NCBI GenBank assembly: GCA_012295275.1
Contig: CM022679.1
Span: 21,824,001-21,888,000, forward strand
Length of the DNA: 64,000 nucleotides
Direction of reading: 5' to 3'
DNA from: Chrysomallon squamiferum
Lineage: Eukaryota > Animalia > Mollusca
Numbering within the stretch: position 1 is the first letter of the stretch; each line of letters starts with the position of its first letter. Of the stretch, positions 14,359 through 29,678 are shown in pieces. The notes under the pieces were generated by a model, which did not search any database, had not been told where the DNA came from, and worked only from the letters and a program-made list of their open reading frames with translations. The translations under genes were made by a program, and so were the position numbers.

Positions 14359-15092
14359 GAGTGTTAGGAGCATGAATAAACAAAATTAATCTGTAAGCAT
14401 AACAAAATAAATTAAGAACACAATATATTTTTTTTTTTTAAAAATCCCAGATAATGATCGAGATCGATAGTCGTTCCTACTAGTCAGCACAATAATTTGT
14501 ATAGTACATCATTACTGCAGCCGAGACATAAAGAATACGGGCGAGGTTATTGACCTCAGTAATCCAGTCATGATTTGCCGCGATGTATGTCGGTCAGTCC
14601 CGATTCGACAGATACAAACTCAGGTGGTTCCGGTTAGTAGAGAGAACAAGAAGAAAATTAAACACGCGCGGGGAACTTGTTTACTCTCTTCCTTTCCAGC
14701 CCCGCTTGCAGAATTGTTGAATCCGTGAAGAACCTCTTAAGAGAGCGATCTTCTTTTTTTTTATTGTTATCAGTCGTTTGTTCGATTTGTTCTACTTACA
14801 AAAGATAACTATGGTCACTGGAGAATTCACTAAGCGAAAAGGAATGAAGACAATTTATGGAGATTTCTGTTTTTCCTTCTTTTTTTCTTTTTTTTTTTTT
14901 TTTTTTGTTGTGTTGACAAGATGGTTCTGGATTGTCTAGACATGTATCATATCCTGAAGAAACCTACATACATGTTAATGAGTGAAGCATGTGTTACAGG
15001 TCATGACCTATGTGACATATAAATCGTCTGCTTTCGATCGTTTTTTTTTTCCTCGAAGCAAGCAATTTCCTTCGTTTTCTATATTATTGAAT

Positions 15093-15158
<66 letters not shown>

Positions 15159-16167
15159 GTGTGTCTGTGTGTTGTTTTGTTTTGTTGTTTAGAGGTAGGT
15201 GGGGGGAAAAAACGAGAGAATGAAAAACATTCTGTCATTACAATTAATGGACTTTACAGACTGCACAAACCTCCTTAGAAAAACTCATTACATTTGGCCA
15301 TGCCTTTCATGAACCTAAAGTAAATCTGTCTTCAGTCATATTTTCAGCTTTCAGCATTTATTAATGATTGTGAAAATGGATATAAGGGAATATATTACTG
15401 TTGCGGTCCTTTGGTTAATAATAATGTTTGCTTCGTTCGCTAACTGGAAAAATAAATAAACAAAGATAAAAATAATTAAATAAATAATTAAGCAAATGAT
15501 TATTTTTGTGAATGGAAATAATGACGTCACTTATGACGATTATGATAAAAGTGATGATGATCATAATCACAGTGATGACGAACTGAATGAAATTGATGAT
15601 TATGACAATTATGCTGATATAATTATGATTGTGATGATGATGATGACGATGATGCAAAATGAAATTGTAACATTTATGCTGACATAATGATGATGATGTG
15701 ATGATGATAAGATAATGAAAAGAATGAAACTGATGATTATGACTGACAGTGAAAGAATTGTTATGATCATCTTCATGATACGTTATTAGAAATTATCGTT
15801 ATTCCTGTGCTGAATCAGTCACATAACGACATCACAAATTGATTTTTAAAAATATTAATCGAATTTGTGCGGTAGAAAAACTGTCCCTCGAGTCTTGTCC
15901 CATCTTGATAACATTTCATAATGTCTCTCACGGTATCTTTTAATTACAGCTTATTTTCTCCGAGTCACAAGTTTTCATGCACAAGAGACCAAAACATATA
16001 ACTGTTGACCTTTTTATTATAACGCCATAAAGTTATAAACGAGAAACATTTTGTCACAAGATGTTAGTCCTTTAAATAAAATATATAACAGTAATTTTCT
16101 GTTCATTTAATTAATCCAGAAGTTCATTGTTAATATGTGTTTAGGGAAAAATAATAATTCAGTTAAG

Positions 16168-16203
<36 letters not shown>

Positions 16204-16394
16204 TAATAGTATGTTTTGAGGGACGAGTTTGTACAAGATTTGGGCTTAGGTTAAGATATACCAGGGAAAGAATACAACGGAATGACGATGATTTTCTGTG
16301 CAAAGTTTATTTTTATAAAAAAGTTAATTATTTTGTTATGGCTATTATCGAAAATTTAGAATAAAATCAGTTAGGGATAAAAACAATGTAGTAT

Positions 16395-16575
16395 TCTTTT
16401 GTTAGCAGAAACAGATATTGTATATGTACCTTCTCGTAGACAGCAAAGCACATACAGTGGCTTTTGGCTAAAACGTCTTGGAGCACTTCTTGGAACGTAC
16501 AAAAAAACAAAAAAACAAGTCAGCACCAAAATAGGATCGATCCTGCGAAAAATTATTTTCTACCGCTGACCTACT
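16395..16575 (-). mobile_element. Decayed copy of the same SINE family
   Basis: A-box-like GTAGGTCAGCGGTA (16561-16574 on minus), B-box-like AGGATCGATCC (16534-16544), and body motifs (tagcag..., agacagcaaagcacatac, tggaacg) shared with the other copies. Confidence 0.6.
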
Positions 16576-16894
16576 TCAAACTACTAACCATTTTGAAATT
16601 AAGCATTAATCTGTGTACGAGTTTTAAACAATTACAACCAAACTTTACTCACTGTTGAAAGTTAGGTAGACGCCATCCAACGCGACTAACGAGTTTCCCT
16701 GGTGACGGAAAACAGACGTTACAAGTAACAAACGACTTGTAATCGACTACACTCAAACCGAGTGGTTTCCTGTAATGACTTATCAAGGGGATACAGTGTC
16801 ATTATGAATATATAAATTATAAAATGACTGTTCAACGTCTGGCTTACTTTAAATATAGAATTATATAAAACATGTCAATTTTAAATATTAAGAG

Positions 16895-17001
<107 letters not shown>

Positions 17002-17417
17002 GTCTCTCTCTCTTAATCTTTTCTGCAACATATCCTTTTATGTTGATGTTATCTCAATAATTTAAAAATATATGTTTATTCGCTGTGTTTTAATTTATAT
17101 AGTTTATTTTACTCTTCTTTTTTTTATTACTTGCTATTCTGTTCTTCTTCATTGTTTTTTTCTATTACTGTTATTTGAAGTTTTATCTCGTTTATGTTTT
17201 ACTGTTATTGACATTTTTATTATTTTTATTTTTATTTGTTTTTTATTTTTTGGTGTTAAAGTTTATCTCACCTATTTTTCATATTTGCTGATGCTGAAAC
17301 GTGCAAAAACACAAAAAATACAATTTTGCATTAAAAGGTTTTGACGCCGATTTAAAAAATTATTAAATAATCACATCATTTTTTTTTATAAATATTTATT
17401 ATTTGAAGGCTTGTAAT

Positions 17418-17499
<82 letters not shown>

Positions 17500-17815
17500 C
17501 TCTCTCTCTCTGTGGGCGTGTGGGTGTGTGGTTGTATCTGTGTCTGTGTGTGTGTGTGCGAGCGTCTGTGTTTGTATAGTTTTTAAATACCATCATGTTA
17601 TCTCACAATTTAATAAAAAAAACTTACACTTAAAGTGGAATTCAGTAAACAAATTAAAACGGAGAAAGACGATATATTGTAACAAGCGGTAAAAACTGAA
17701 CTCGCTAAAGCTGTTTTTACACCTAACATTTCTCAACTGACGCAGAAAATAAATAAATAAATTAAATTAAATTAAATTAAATTAAAACAGATACTACTAG
17801 AAAATTACTACCTGA

Positions 17816-17849
<34 letters not shown>

Positions 17850-18522
17850 ACTTTTAAGCAAAATGAAATAAAATAAAAAAATAAAAAATAAAAAGCAGAC
17901 AAAACAAAAAAAAATCCAGACGCAGTATACTAGTATTTAAAAACAGTAACTTTATATTTCCGGTATCTAAGGCGAGGTGACAGTGACCCGGATGCAAACT
18001 GAACTGCGCTTTGAACGTCTGCTACATTTTCAACAAATCAATCGTACTAGATGGACCCGAGCCAAGTCTAACAAAAACGCGGTACTTTATTTTCGTCTGT
18101 CTCTTTCTAATAATTATATGTTTGATCAGCGCAAAGTATCCAAAAAATATCTCTTTTTTTTATTTTCCTTCTTTTCGTTTTTTATATATTTCGCCCCGTA
18201 TTTTATTTATTTATTTATTTTTATCTCTCTTGATTGTCTGGTTTTTTTAATTGTTTTTATTTTTATTTTTATTTTATTTTTTTCTTGTTCAGTGCTATAT
18301 CGACTGCCCTGGCATTGTTTCGTAGAACGTATACATCTATAAAAGAATTCCTTTGATAACAAGTGTTTGTTTGAACTCTTTTTCTTCTTCGTCTCCTTCG
18401 TTTCTGGAAAATAAAATTTCTCAGCTTGACTTGCTGTTGATTGGTGTTTAGTGCTGTTTGAAAATGTGGTGAAGAAAAAGTAATTGCGCAATAAAAAAGA
18501 ACATGTACAGATACTCCAATTG

Positions 18523-18561
<39 letters not shown>

Positions 18562-18631
18562 TACTGTCTGAAATGCAGAGTGCTTAAGTACGCCCAGACA
18601 TTGAAATGTAATTGGACAGGACGGCATAAAT

Positions 18632-18710
<79 letters not shown>

Positions 18711-19690
18711 GACAGAAAGAAAAAAGTAAACAGAAACATAGAAAAACTGGAAGGAGAAAGGCAGTATATGTGACAGACCTATGTTTGTGTATTTATGTGT
18801 CTGTGTACGTTTGTTTGTTAGTGAGTATGTGTTCAGAGAGAGACATTTAGACAGATATGAAGACGGACAGACAGACAGACAGATACATGGATTGATGGAC
18901 GGACAAATACAGATGGATAATAAGCACAGACAGATGGATCGACAGAGAAAGACGGAAACATCCATACAAAGACTTCTACATAAAACTGTTCAACTAACTT
19001 CACGTTAAGAGCTCATTCCTGGATACGATCCCAGTAGCTGCGGTTTTCCGACTACTAACGTAACCACTGCTTCGCCTATCACACACACACACACATATAT
19101 AGATGTATAGACAGACTCTATTAGGTAAACAGCACGCGATAACAACATCATGTGCTGATTCTATTTCAGAGTACAAAACAGTCTGAATACACCTAGACCT
19201 TGAAATCAATATGAAAATCGTGTAAACTAGGCAATATATATGATTATACTGAATTTTTATAATAAAAAGATATATATATATATATATATATTTGTTTTAT
19301 ACTTTATGAAGTAAACTAACTATCTATATTTAAAAATCGTGTTCATTTTTTTTTTTTTTTTTTTTTTAAAGAGTTAAAGATTTTCTATCATGTTATTATC
19401 TGTAATAACTACAGAGTTCTTTTTCTTTTTTTTAGATCGTGACTATATTTTTAAATCTTATGTTATTATTATTAGGTGCGGTTTTTTTGGTTTTTTTTTT
19501 TTTTTTTTTTTTTCGTATCAGGTTTTGTACTAAATGTTATTTTTTGTTTGGTTAATAATGTAATTAACTGAAAAAAAAAAAAAAAAAAAGGATTAGCTAT
19601 GACACAATGGTAATGATCAGTCTTTCTCTATACCCTATTTGCATAAACCGCAGACATGCAGAAACAGACAGACAGAGAGATAGGAAGAGG

Positions 19691-19722
<32 letters not shown>

Positions 19723-19933
19723 GAGATAGAGAGACAGACAGATACAGAGAGATAAACAGAGACAGACAGTTAAACCAGACAAATGGGTATGTGTGTGTGA
19801 GTGTGCGTGTGTGAATGTTTGTGTCTGTGTGTCTAATATCAAGGTTACCCGAACTTTAACCCTTCATTATCGATGACAGTCTTCTTCAGACTTTGTTAAA
19901 ACACTCTATATTTAGCAAATAGTTATAATTATG

Positions 19934-20130
19934 CACTGATCCAACCCTGTCTTTCACTAATCCTGACTACCACTGAACCAACTGTGAGTATCAGTAATCG
20001 TGAATATCACTGATTTAACGCTGACTGTCACTAACCATGACAAAAACTGATCTAACTCTGTTACTAATCCTGACAATCACTAAACCAACTCTATTACTAA
20101 TCCTGAATATTATTAATCCTGAAAACTAAA
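19934..20130. repeat. Degenerate short-unit minisatellite (cactaatcctga / cactgaaccaac variants)
   Basis: actaatcctga, actgatc(c/t)aac and actaaaccaac recur at about 15-20 bp spacing. Confidence 0.7.
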
Positions 20131-21896
20131 TATACTCAAATTCAGGCTTAACGTCGCTATTGAATCATGTTCTGTTTTCTAGTATATAGATGTTTCACTG
20201 ATACATTATCTGTGCATTTTAGATAAATATTTCATGTTTGTTCTTAACATATGTTGCGCTTGTTATATACCAATAATATTAGCTGTGATATACCAGTTGA
20301 ACACAATATGTTATTAAGTGTGTGTGTGACTGAATTGAATTTGAAGGGCAGAAGTTATAGGTGGATGAATGTATATGTGAATATATATATATATAAATGG
20401 ATGGATGACATGTATTTTTGTTTGTATGGATGTATATTAAATGCGTATGTATGCATGCATTCATGTTTATATCTATTATGTTTATATATATATGTGTGTG
20501 TGTGTGTATGTTTGTGTATACATCCATACGTACAAACACACATATAATTATGTATGTTTGTATGTATGGATGTATGAGTGTATGCGTATGTGTGAATGTA
20601 TGTCTGTATGTGTGTATGTTATATATAGACGAACACACACACAGACACACATACACACACATACAGACAGATACACACACACACACGTAATAATAATAGA
20701 CAAGCTTGTCTACACACAACTGTTATCTCAAATATTAGCTCTGTCTTACACACTGTTTTTTTATTCTGCAGGGTTTTTGCGCTGATCTCTGAGTCGACGC
20801 TGTGTGGTTATTTCTGCGGTTGTCGGGAACAAATAATCACCTGCACGGGTCTGCTGTCGTCGGAAATCAGCCGATCTTTGTCAACAGTCGACACCCTTCC
20901 TGTTATCTACGATTGTTCGTTACTTACTGAGTTCAGCTGCCGTCTCAGCAATCACAGTGATTTTTTCACAAATATTTGACACAGAGTTGTTCCCGTGTGT
21001 TCGATTTTTGTCTGCTTTTTTATTTTTTTTATTTTTATTTTTATTTTTTTATTTTATTTTTTTTTTACGAATGTTTTTAATGGCAGTTAAGAACGACAGT
21101 TTATTTAAATGGTTTAAAATAACGTGCTGTGGAATTCTGGTTTTAAAGTTGAAAACTGAAAAAAAAAAAAAAATTACCTTCCAGTCTGACGACTTAACAG
21201 TGCTGGTTTTGAAATGTTTGAATTATATAAGCCACATTCGAGTATATCATTTATATTGAAATCTGTTCAGTTATGTTGACAGGTTTGTGCAAAATTATTC
21301 ACGTTATAATGCCTATTACTACTCCTATTATCACTATGCTACTACTACGACTACTACTACTGCTGCTGCTGCTACTACTACTACTACTACTACAAATACT
21401 GCTACCACTACTACTGATGTTATTACCACCACTACTACTACCACTACTGCTATCACTATACTCCAATTAGTAATAATAACAATAATAATAATAATGACAA
21501 CAACAACAACAACAACAACAACAAAAACAATAATAATAATAATAATAATAATAATGTTCGATTTAAGTCCTTTTTATCAACATTTTTTCTCCCGTCTGAA
21601 GACATGAAATGTGACAGTATGTCAGCTATCGAATATCGAGTGAAAGTCCCATCTGTAAAAAAGTATTTACTGTCATTATAAATGACGACGTCGCTGTCGT
21701 CGTTAAATCACCAGCTGTGAACACAGAGTCGTAACTGCACGTTGCACGTAGTGCGTGACGTCAGAAGCGTCGGCAGGGTGTTAAACACAATGTTTTACTG
21801 ATCGCTGACACAGATTGCAGCTGTAATAGTTTGTGTTTCGGCTTTTATGCCGATATTAATATGGAAATATTAGGGGAAATGGAAATGTTTGTTTCG

Positions 21897-21943
<47 letters not shown>

Positions 21944-22162
21944 TGTGTGTTTTTTGTGTGTGTGTGTGTGAGCCTGTGTGCGTGTAATGTTTGTTTATGT
22001 ATGTGTGAGCGATTGTGTTATGCTTGTGTGTGTGTATGTGTGTGTGTTTATTTGTGTGTATAAGGCAATGTTTATGTTTGTGTTTAAGTGTGAGAGTTTA
22101 GAGGCGAAATATGTGGTTTATAATACTACTACTACTTCTACTACTACTACTACTACTACTAC

Positions 22163-22200
<38 letters not shown>

Positions 22201-23137
22201 TGCATTGTAAACATACAGATCTCGATTGATTCAATGTCTTTTCCGGCCACGATTGAGCGGGTGCAGTTGAAGAGAAAAAGTCGTAAAATATTTACCACTG
22301 CAGACCAAAAAAAAAACATCTGAGCTTTTCTTTTCAATTATTTTTTTTTGGGGGGATTATTTATTTATTTATTGCATCGAAAAGCCATACTTCTACTACA
22401 TAAGCATCGTATTGGTTCTGTTTATTTAACGACAACGCACTTGATAAGAAGAGGAAATAACGACAAAACAAAACAAATTTACTGTCATGATTTCGACGAT
22501 TTCATTGTGGAATAGTAATTTATGGATGTAAGCAGGTGGTATAGCTGATCACCGGTGTGTTAGTACATATCAGATACATATCATCAGAATATTTTACGAG
22601 GCAACACAATTATTCGATATCCAGGCTTTAAAATTTTTTTTTTTTTTTTTTACTGAATCCAGGACATAAATGAGGTTCATTTGCATGGATACAGTTTCGG
22701 AAAACGTTAATAGTGGACTGAGCCTAAAATTTGCAGCAGGAAAACGCGTGAAATAGAAAGCCTAGAGTGTGTGTAGTCAACGGAATGGAATAAAAGCAAT
22801 GGTTTTTAAGGATTATTTAAATCTTCTCAGAATGTACGCAGTAGTTTTCTTGCCTTCGATTCTTATTTTAGTTCTGTTTTTTACCCCATTATTTCAAAAT
22901 TGATGGACCACGGCTCTGGCAACCATCGTAAAAATGTCTTCTTTTTTTTTTTTTTTTTTTTGTTGTTGTTGTTTTATATTTTTTGTTTTTCATATTATTG
23001 TTGTTATTGTTTTTTCATCATTATTATTATTATCATCATCATATTATTGTTGTTATTGTTTTGTTATCATCATCATCATCATCGACATCAGCATCATCAT
23101 CATCATCATTATTATTTTTATTATTATTATTATTATT

Positions 23138-23174
<37 letters not shown>

Positions 23175-25409
23175 ATAATATCATCAGTGAGAAATCTTGC
23201 TATTATCGCTCCGTTTAGCTGCAATGAATATTTTTATATGCACCTTCCCATAATTAGGAGAGCATTAAATACGTCTGATAAATAAACTAACGTACTCCAT
23301 GAGCTAAAACAGGAAAAGTCTCACAGAGGACACCGATCAGGACCGATCTCGTGAGCTAACACGCCATGGGCAACAACTGTACTTTAAATAGACAGCCACG
23401 GGTCAGTTTGTCCCGGAAAAGATTCAGTTATAAGTCAGATCTAAAATATGCCTATCTTGGCATACAAACAAAAAAAAACCTGAAGAAAGCTCATTAAGTG
23501 AGCTTTATGTGACAGAAATGAAGTTAGTTTTCTATTCATTACATATCCGTTAATTATTTTAATTTTTTTATAAGAACTGGTATGCGGTCGCGATCCCAGA
23601 GTCGTAAAGTTCTTGAGGTTGTGAATAATTTTGCGTATCCAGACTTGTGTTACGTTGCATGCTCACCTTCGGAAACGTTAGGTAAGTCAATACGCCGCCA
23701 GATCATAAAAACAAATTCAAATGCTTAAGCCTGGAATGCAAACAGGGAACGACTGCCAAACAACAGTTATTTTTAATCATCGAAAACTCTCTAAGGTGCT
23801 CGCTTATTTAACTTCGTGCATTATTTTATTCGTTTGTTTGTTTTGTTAGTTTGTCTTTTGTTTGTCTTGTGTTTGCTTGATTATTCATTTATTTGCTTTG
23901 TTTTTGGTTTGTATTGTTGTTGTTGTTGTTGTTCTTCTTCTTCTTCTTCTTCTTATTATTATTATTATTAATTAATTAATTTATTTATTTATTTAATTAT
24001 TTTTTGGGCATTTATTTATTTATCCTATTAAGCTGTATTTTTGGTTGTACACAAACGATGAAAACAAATGTACGTACAAATCCCTAATGAAGATTCATGG
24101 ATCGACGCAAGTTATCCCCTGTGACTACTATGGGTGTGACGTGGTTCAGGGGGTGCTGGGCTGGCTTTATTCATTAATGTAAAATGTCTTATAACTGTAA
24201 AATTTAAACTATTGATTTGAAATGTTATATTCAGTGCATCGTTTTTTACTATTCGCCCTGCATTTTTATGTCATATCTGTAAATTTAATTTTTTTTTTTT
24301 TTTTTTTTATGTGTTATAGTAGTGTTTATTTATTTGGTGTTTTTTTCTTTGTGGTGTTTTCCTTTTTTTTCTGTTTTCGGTATTTTTTATTTTTTTTTTT
24401 TATTTGTTGGGGGGTGTTGGGTGTTTTTGTTTTGTTTTTTGTGTTGTTATTTTGTTGTTTTTTTTTTTTTTTTTTTTTGTTGTTGTTGTTTTTTGTATGT
24501 GTGCTTGCATTTTATAAATCATTTCAGCTTGAACATTATCACATCCAACATAATTTGGTTGCCGGGCCTCTCTTTCCAAAGCGGTTGATCCGGTCTCTTT
24601 TTTTTGTTTTGTTTTTCCTCTGAATCTCAGACCTCCAGTAATACCTTGGAATTGCTGTAAGTCACGATGCTCTTGAAGAAATGACGTAAAAAAAAAAAAA
24701 ATAAGAAGAAGAAGAAGACGAAAATGAAGATAAAGAAGCAAATGCTATTTCGTCTATTAGTGGTAACTTTCACTCGACTCGTTATAGATTTCCGATTTCG
24801 AAGTCCTGTCGAAAATAGAAAGTCTTAACTGCACAATTCAGGGAAATAATATGACTCTCTCGGATTTATTTCTATCTTTTTCATCGGTGGCGCAAAGAGG
24901 AACGTCTGAAATGTCATACCGTTCAGTTGACGACATACGTACGACCTGTCGTAACTGAAGGATGGTATGCAAGACATATGCATTGACAGTGTTATTATAT
25001 TACACGGAATATAGACGTAAATTCTGACGTACTGGAATCAGTATTGGGACGAAGAGAGAGAAGGGAGAGGGATTGAAACCGTATCTTTTTGTTATTTCTT
25101 CTTTTTCAAGATCTTGTTCTTAATTCGCTTTGGTATTCTTTTTTTTTTTTTTTTTTTTTTTTTCAACTGATTCTTCGCATTCTGTTGTAAATGATGTCTG
25201 CTTTGTTTCTGGCGTTATATTAGAACAAAATTAATAACTGTTTCAACGAATGTATATTGGAAAGATAATGCAGCATGTTCCAGATTCAGCCAGAATAAAA
25301 TGAAATTGTGGATATTTACAGATCAATACACCTATCATAACTGTACGTGTTTGCTGAGTTCTAGAAATTAACTTTTGTTTACTGGACTTTTCTTAATGCG
25401 CAGTCTTTG

Positions 25410-25560
25410 TAATAAGCAGCAACGGGTCGTTTGTACGCAGATTCCCGCTAACAGGAAAACACAAAGCACTGATTTAATAAAAACAATCGTGGAAAACCAT
25501 CTGGAACGAGATATTGTTCACATAACACACTAACACAGATTTGAAGCTGTGATCCATCTC
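25410..25560 (-). mobile_element. Decayed SINE body fragment (same family)
   Basis: agcagcaacgggtcgtttgta...ttcccgctaacaggaaaacacaaa...ctggaacgagat aligns by eye with 39083-39135 and 16400-16500. Confidence 0.5.
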
Positions 25561-26448
25561 TAAAATCTCAAAACCAAGAGACTGACCAATTATTTATACA
25601 AAACCAGGAATGAAGAAAATGAAAACGGAATAAAACTGAGAATGGTTATAAACACAAATACACACACTGAGACTAACTGTGGCTAGTTTATATTTGATGA
25701 AAACTGTTAAAAATAAAAACTTTTCGAAGTTATACGGTTTGAACTTGATGAAGGTTTTTATGTATATATATGTATTTCAAGGTAACATGGAGCATGTAGT
25801 GCAGTAAAACGAAAAACGAAAAAAAAAAAACGAAGAAAAACTATAAATGTATGTCACTCTCTTTACTTTTATTTCTTCATTCATTTTTTTTTTCTCAGTA
25901 TATTGTGCGTATGTGTGTATCTCATTCTTACTTTCTCGACAACCCTTTTACTAATGATAAAAGCAAAATTTAAAAAAAAAACCAAAAAAAAAACCAACTC
26001 TTTAACTAGATTTTCAACAAAAGTGTGTAATTTCTTCATCTCCGTATATCGCTAACGGACACGATAAGTGCAATAATCAAAGACACGGAAATCACTTCCA
26101 TTCAGATGATTTCCAGTTCTGTAACGAGCCCAGCTTCACACACGCGCTCTGCCCAAGGTCGTGCACTGAGCTGGCTCGAAGTGCTGTTTAACGTGCATCA
26201 GTGTAAAACAGAGCGCAGTACCTCGCCCACGCCCATAGTTTGCATAGCGAGATTGAGAATAGCGAGCGATTTTATTTATTAATGTGGTAACACCTGGACA
26301 GGTGCTAGTATGTATGCACTGATCTGCAGTCAGTATTTCTTGTCAAGCTGTTGTAGGTGTCACTAAGAGAGAAAGAAAGAGGAGGAGCAGGAGAAGAAGA
26401 AGAAGAAAAAATTACCAGTTCCAAGAAATATGAATATCATATTATTTA

Positions 26449-26579
<131 letters not shown>

Positions 26580-26806
26580 ACAGAGAGAGAGACAGAGAGA
26601 GAGATTTATATGGTTTATACTGTTATTATTCCTTTTATTTCAGTTACAAATAGCAATATTAGTAGTAGCTGCAGCGGCAGTAGTTATAGTAATCGTTGTA
26701 GTCGCAGATTAGTAGAAGAATTAACAGCAGTTGTAGTCGTAGTAGTAACTGTAATAGTAGTAATTGTAGTAACAGTAGCAATAGCAGGAGCAGTTGTAGC
26801 TATAGT

Positions 26807-26975
26807 AGATATAATAAAAGTATAGAAGCAGTAACAGCAGATATAATAATAGATAGAAGTAGTAACAGCAGATATAATAATAGATAGAAGTAGTAATAGC
26901 AGATATAATAAAAGATAGAAGCAGTAATAGCAGATGTAATAATAGATAGAAGTAGTAATAGTAGATATAATAATA
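26807..26975. repeat. 31-bp tandem repeat, about 5.5 copies (agatataataatagatagaagtagtaacagc)
   Basis: Directly visible units with few substitutions, embedded in an (AGT/AGC)-rich tract. Confidence 0.9.
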
Positions 26976-27469
26976 GTAGTAGATGTCGTTGTTGTTGTTG
27001 CTGTAGATGTACTGATAATAAAAATACAGCAATAGCAGCAGTAAGTGGTAACAGTAGAAGTTACAGCTGCAGTTACAGTATTACTGTAATCATCTTTTAT
27101 TATTATTTTTTTTTCTCTCTTCTTAAAATTTCCGAATGAACATCACGTTTAAAAATACAGAGCATCTACTTGTCTATGCTAACAGAACATAAGGTATACA
27201 CTGGACAAAACCATGCTAATAACCAGTTAATCAATAAACATTTACTTTTATGTCTTTCATAGAATTCTGTGTACAACATAATCTGCGCCAAATGTTGACA
27301 GCAGACAGGTGGCCGCATTCTAAACTGTGTGTGTGCGTGTGCGTGTGCGTGTGCGTCTGTGTGTGTGAGTACTCGGTGCTAACAGTCAAAAATGAATGTT
27401 GCAGATGAATAAATATAATTAATTGTGTGAATTAAATTAACAGCCAAATGTTAAATGCAGACAGAATTC

Positions 27470-27519
<50 letters not shown>

Positions 27520-29450
27520 TATAGGCCTATATATATATATACTTTTGTATCATTAATCTTCAGTTTGACATTTCCGATTAATTCGAAATCCACAAATAGA
27601 GGTTGTATCAATTTTTAATTATCTTCTATATTTATCGTTACCATACACAGACGTGAAATACCTTGTATAATTGAAAGATGTTTATAGCTCCCACAAAACG
27701 CATCGAGAGAGAGAGACATTATTTCCAAAAATATCAACAGCAGTTCTGACAACACATTCATACTGATAGCAGAATTCGTTCAGTTTTATCTAACAAATGT
27801 TTAAATAACAGATTTATCGTCAAATCCATTATAGATCATTAGTGTTTGAACGAGTTTTGTTATTTAGTTGTTTTTTTCTTCAAGGATATCCATTTGTTAA
27901 TGTATTTAGTGTTTGTTCTGTCAGATGTTAAAGTTCATTCTCCTTATGTTTCTCTGTGTTCAGCAGATTTCTCCTTTTTCAGTGTTATTCGAATTTCTTA
28001 CTACCTCCTGCGCTCTTTCTTTCTATCTTTCTCTCTCTTTCCCTTTCTCTCTTTCTCTTTCTGCCTGTCTCTCTTTTCTCTCATTCTTTCTTTCTCTCTC
28101 TCTCGCTCTCTGTTTCTCTGTTTCCGTCTCTCATTCTCTCTCTATTTCTTTTTCTCTCATTCTTTCTTTTCCTCTCACTTTCTCTCTCTCTCTCATTCTC
28201 TATCTCAGTCTCTCTCTCTCTGTCTCTACTGTTTTTTCTTTTTATTATCTCTCTATTCTACCCCTTCCCTCCGTTTCTTTTTCCCATCACTTAAAAAACA
28301 TCTTTCATTTTTGTTTGTTATGTTTCTTGTTTTGGGTTGTTTTTGTGTTTGTTTTTTTCACCTCCATCATAACAGCTTGCACACACACAGGCTGGTAACG
28401 TCATTTTCCATTGCTTACGCTTATCGTAAGTAGAACGTGTAAAATATTGATAACATTTTGATCAAAGGTTAGTTTGTTTTGCGTGCTCGGCGGTAACAAA
28501 GCCAGCTTGTTTTACGTACAGTGGGTTTTGTGTGTGCACGTGTTGAATACCTTGTTTTTGCGTCCATCAACACTTATCTCTGGGTCAAATCGAAATTACG
28601 TGAACGTTGGCACTTACGTTACCGCTACGGGGTCAGCGACGTCAACACACAGGGGATTCAGTCTGTTGCTGCTACATTCCAGTGTTTATGTAATTGTTTA
28701 TATTATTACCAGAAATAAAAAATATTCATGTTAAGAGATAAAAAAAATAAAAAATTAAAACAAAATAAAAAATTATGTAACTGCTTATGCTACTAAACTG
28801 TTGATCTGGAAGAAGATAAACAATGTTATTTTCTAAATTATTATGTGTGTATGTGTGTATTTACTTGTTATAAAATAAATGAGCATTTATTTTATGGATA
28901 GAATCGTTCAAAAATTAAGGGAAAACAATAAAAAAAACCCCACTCAAATGTCATTCTTTTTCTTCTGAACACAACAACAACAACAACAACAACAAAAAAA
29001 AAAAACCGTTTATGTTTCTTTCCTCTTGAGAATTTCAGATTGTAAGAATGGTTTCTGAAAATGCAGTCTGATTATTAAATAACAATTAAGAAAAAAGAAA
29101 CATTATTCAACCACAATCTTACAGATATTTACGTGTGTGTAATGACATCCATGTATAATTATATCTGTCAAAATTAGGTTTATTTTGCGGTAAGTGATGC
29201 TGCTTTTGGTATTTTTTTTGTTGTTGTTGTTGTTGTTGTTTTTAGATATAACACTTGTTAAACAAGAAGAAACACCTAATATCGCTAATTAGCTATAGCA
29301 GAACAGGTATTTAGTGAAACTGAAAAACCAGGTTTCTGATTTAAGTGTCAAAACAAACCAAAAAGTTAAATTATAAATAAATAAAAACTAAAAACTAAAT
29401 AAATAAACAAATAAATAATAATAATAAGAACTAAAAACTAACTAAATAAA

Positions 29451-29481
<31 letters not shown>

Positions 29482-29647
29482 CTAACAACTAAATAAATAA
29501 ATAAATAAGTAAATAAATAAAATTAGGTAAATTATTTGTTAAAAATCAACAGATTCTGAATACAAAGTAACACGGTATTCTACAAAACTTTTCACAATGA
29601 TTTGCCAGTAAGATTTTGCCTTTTTCTCTTTATTATTAAAATATTTG

Positions 29648-29678
<31 letters not shown>

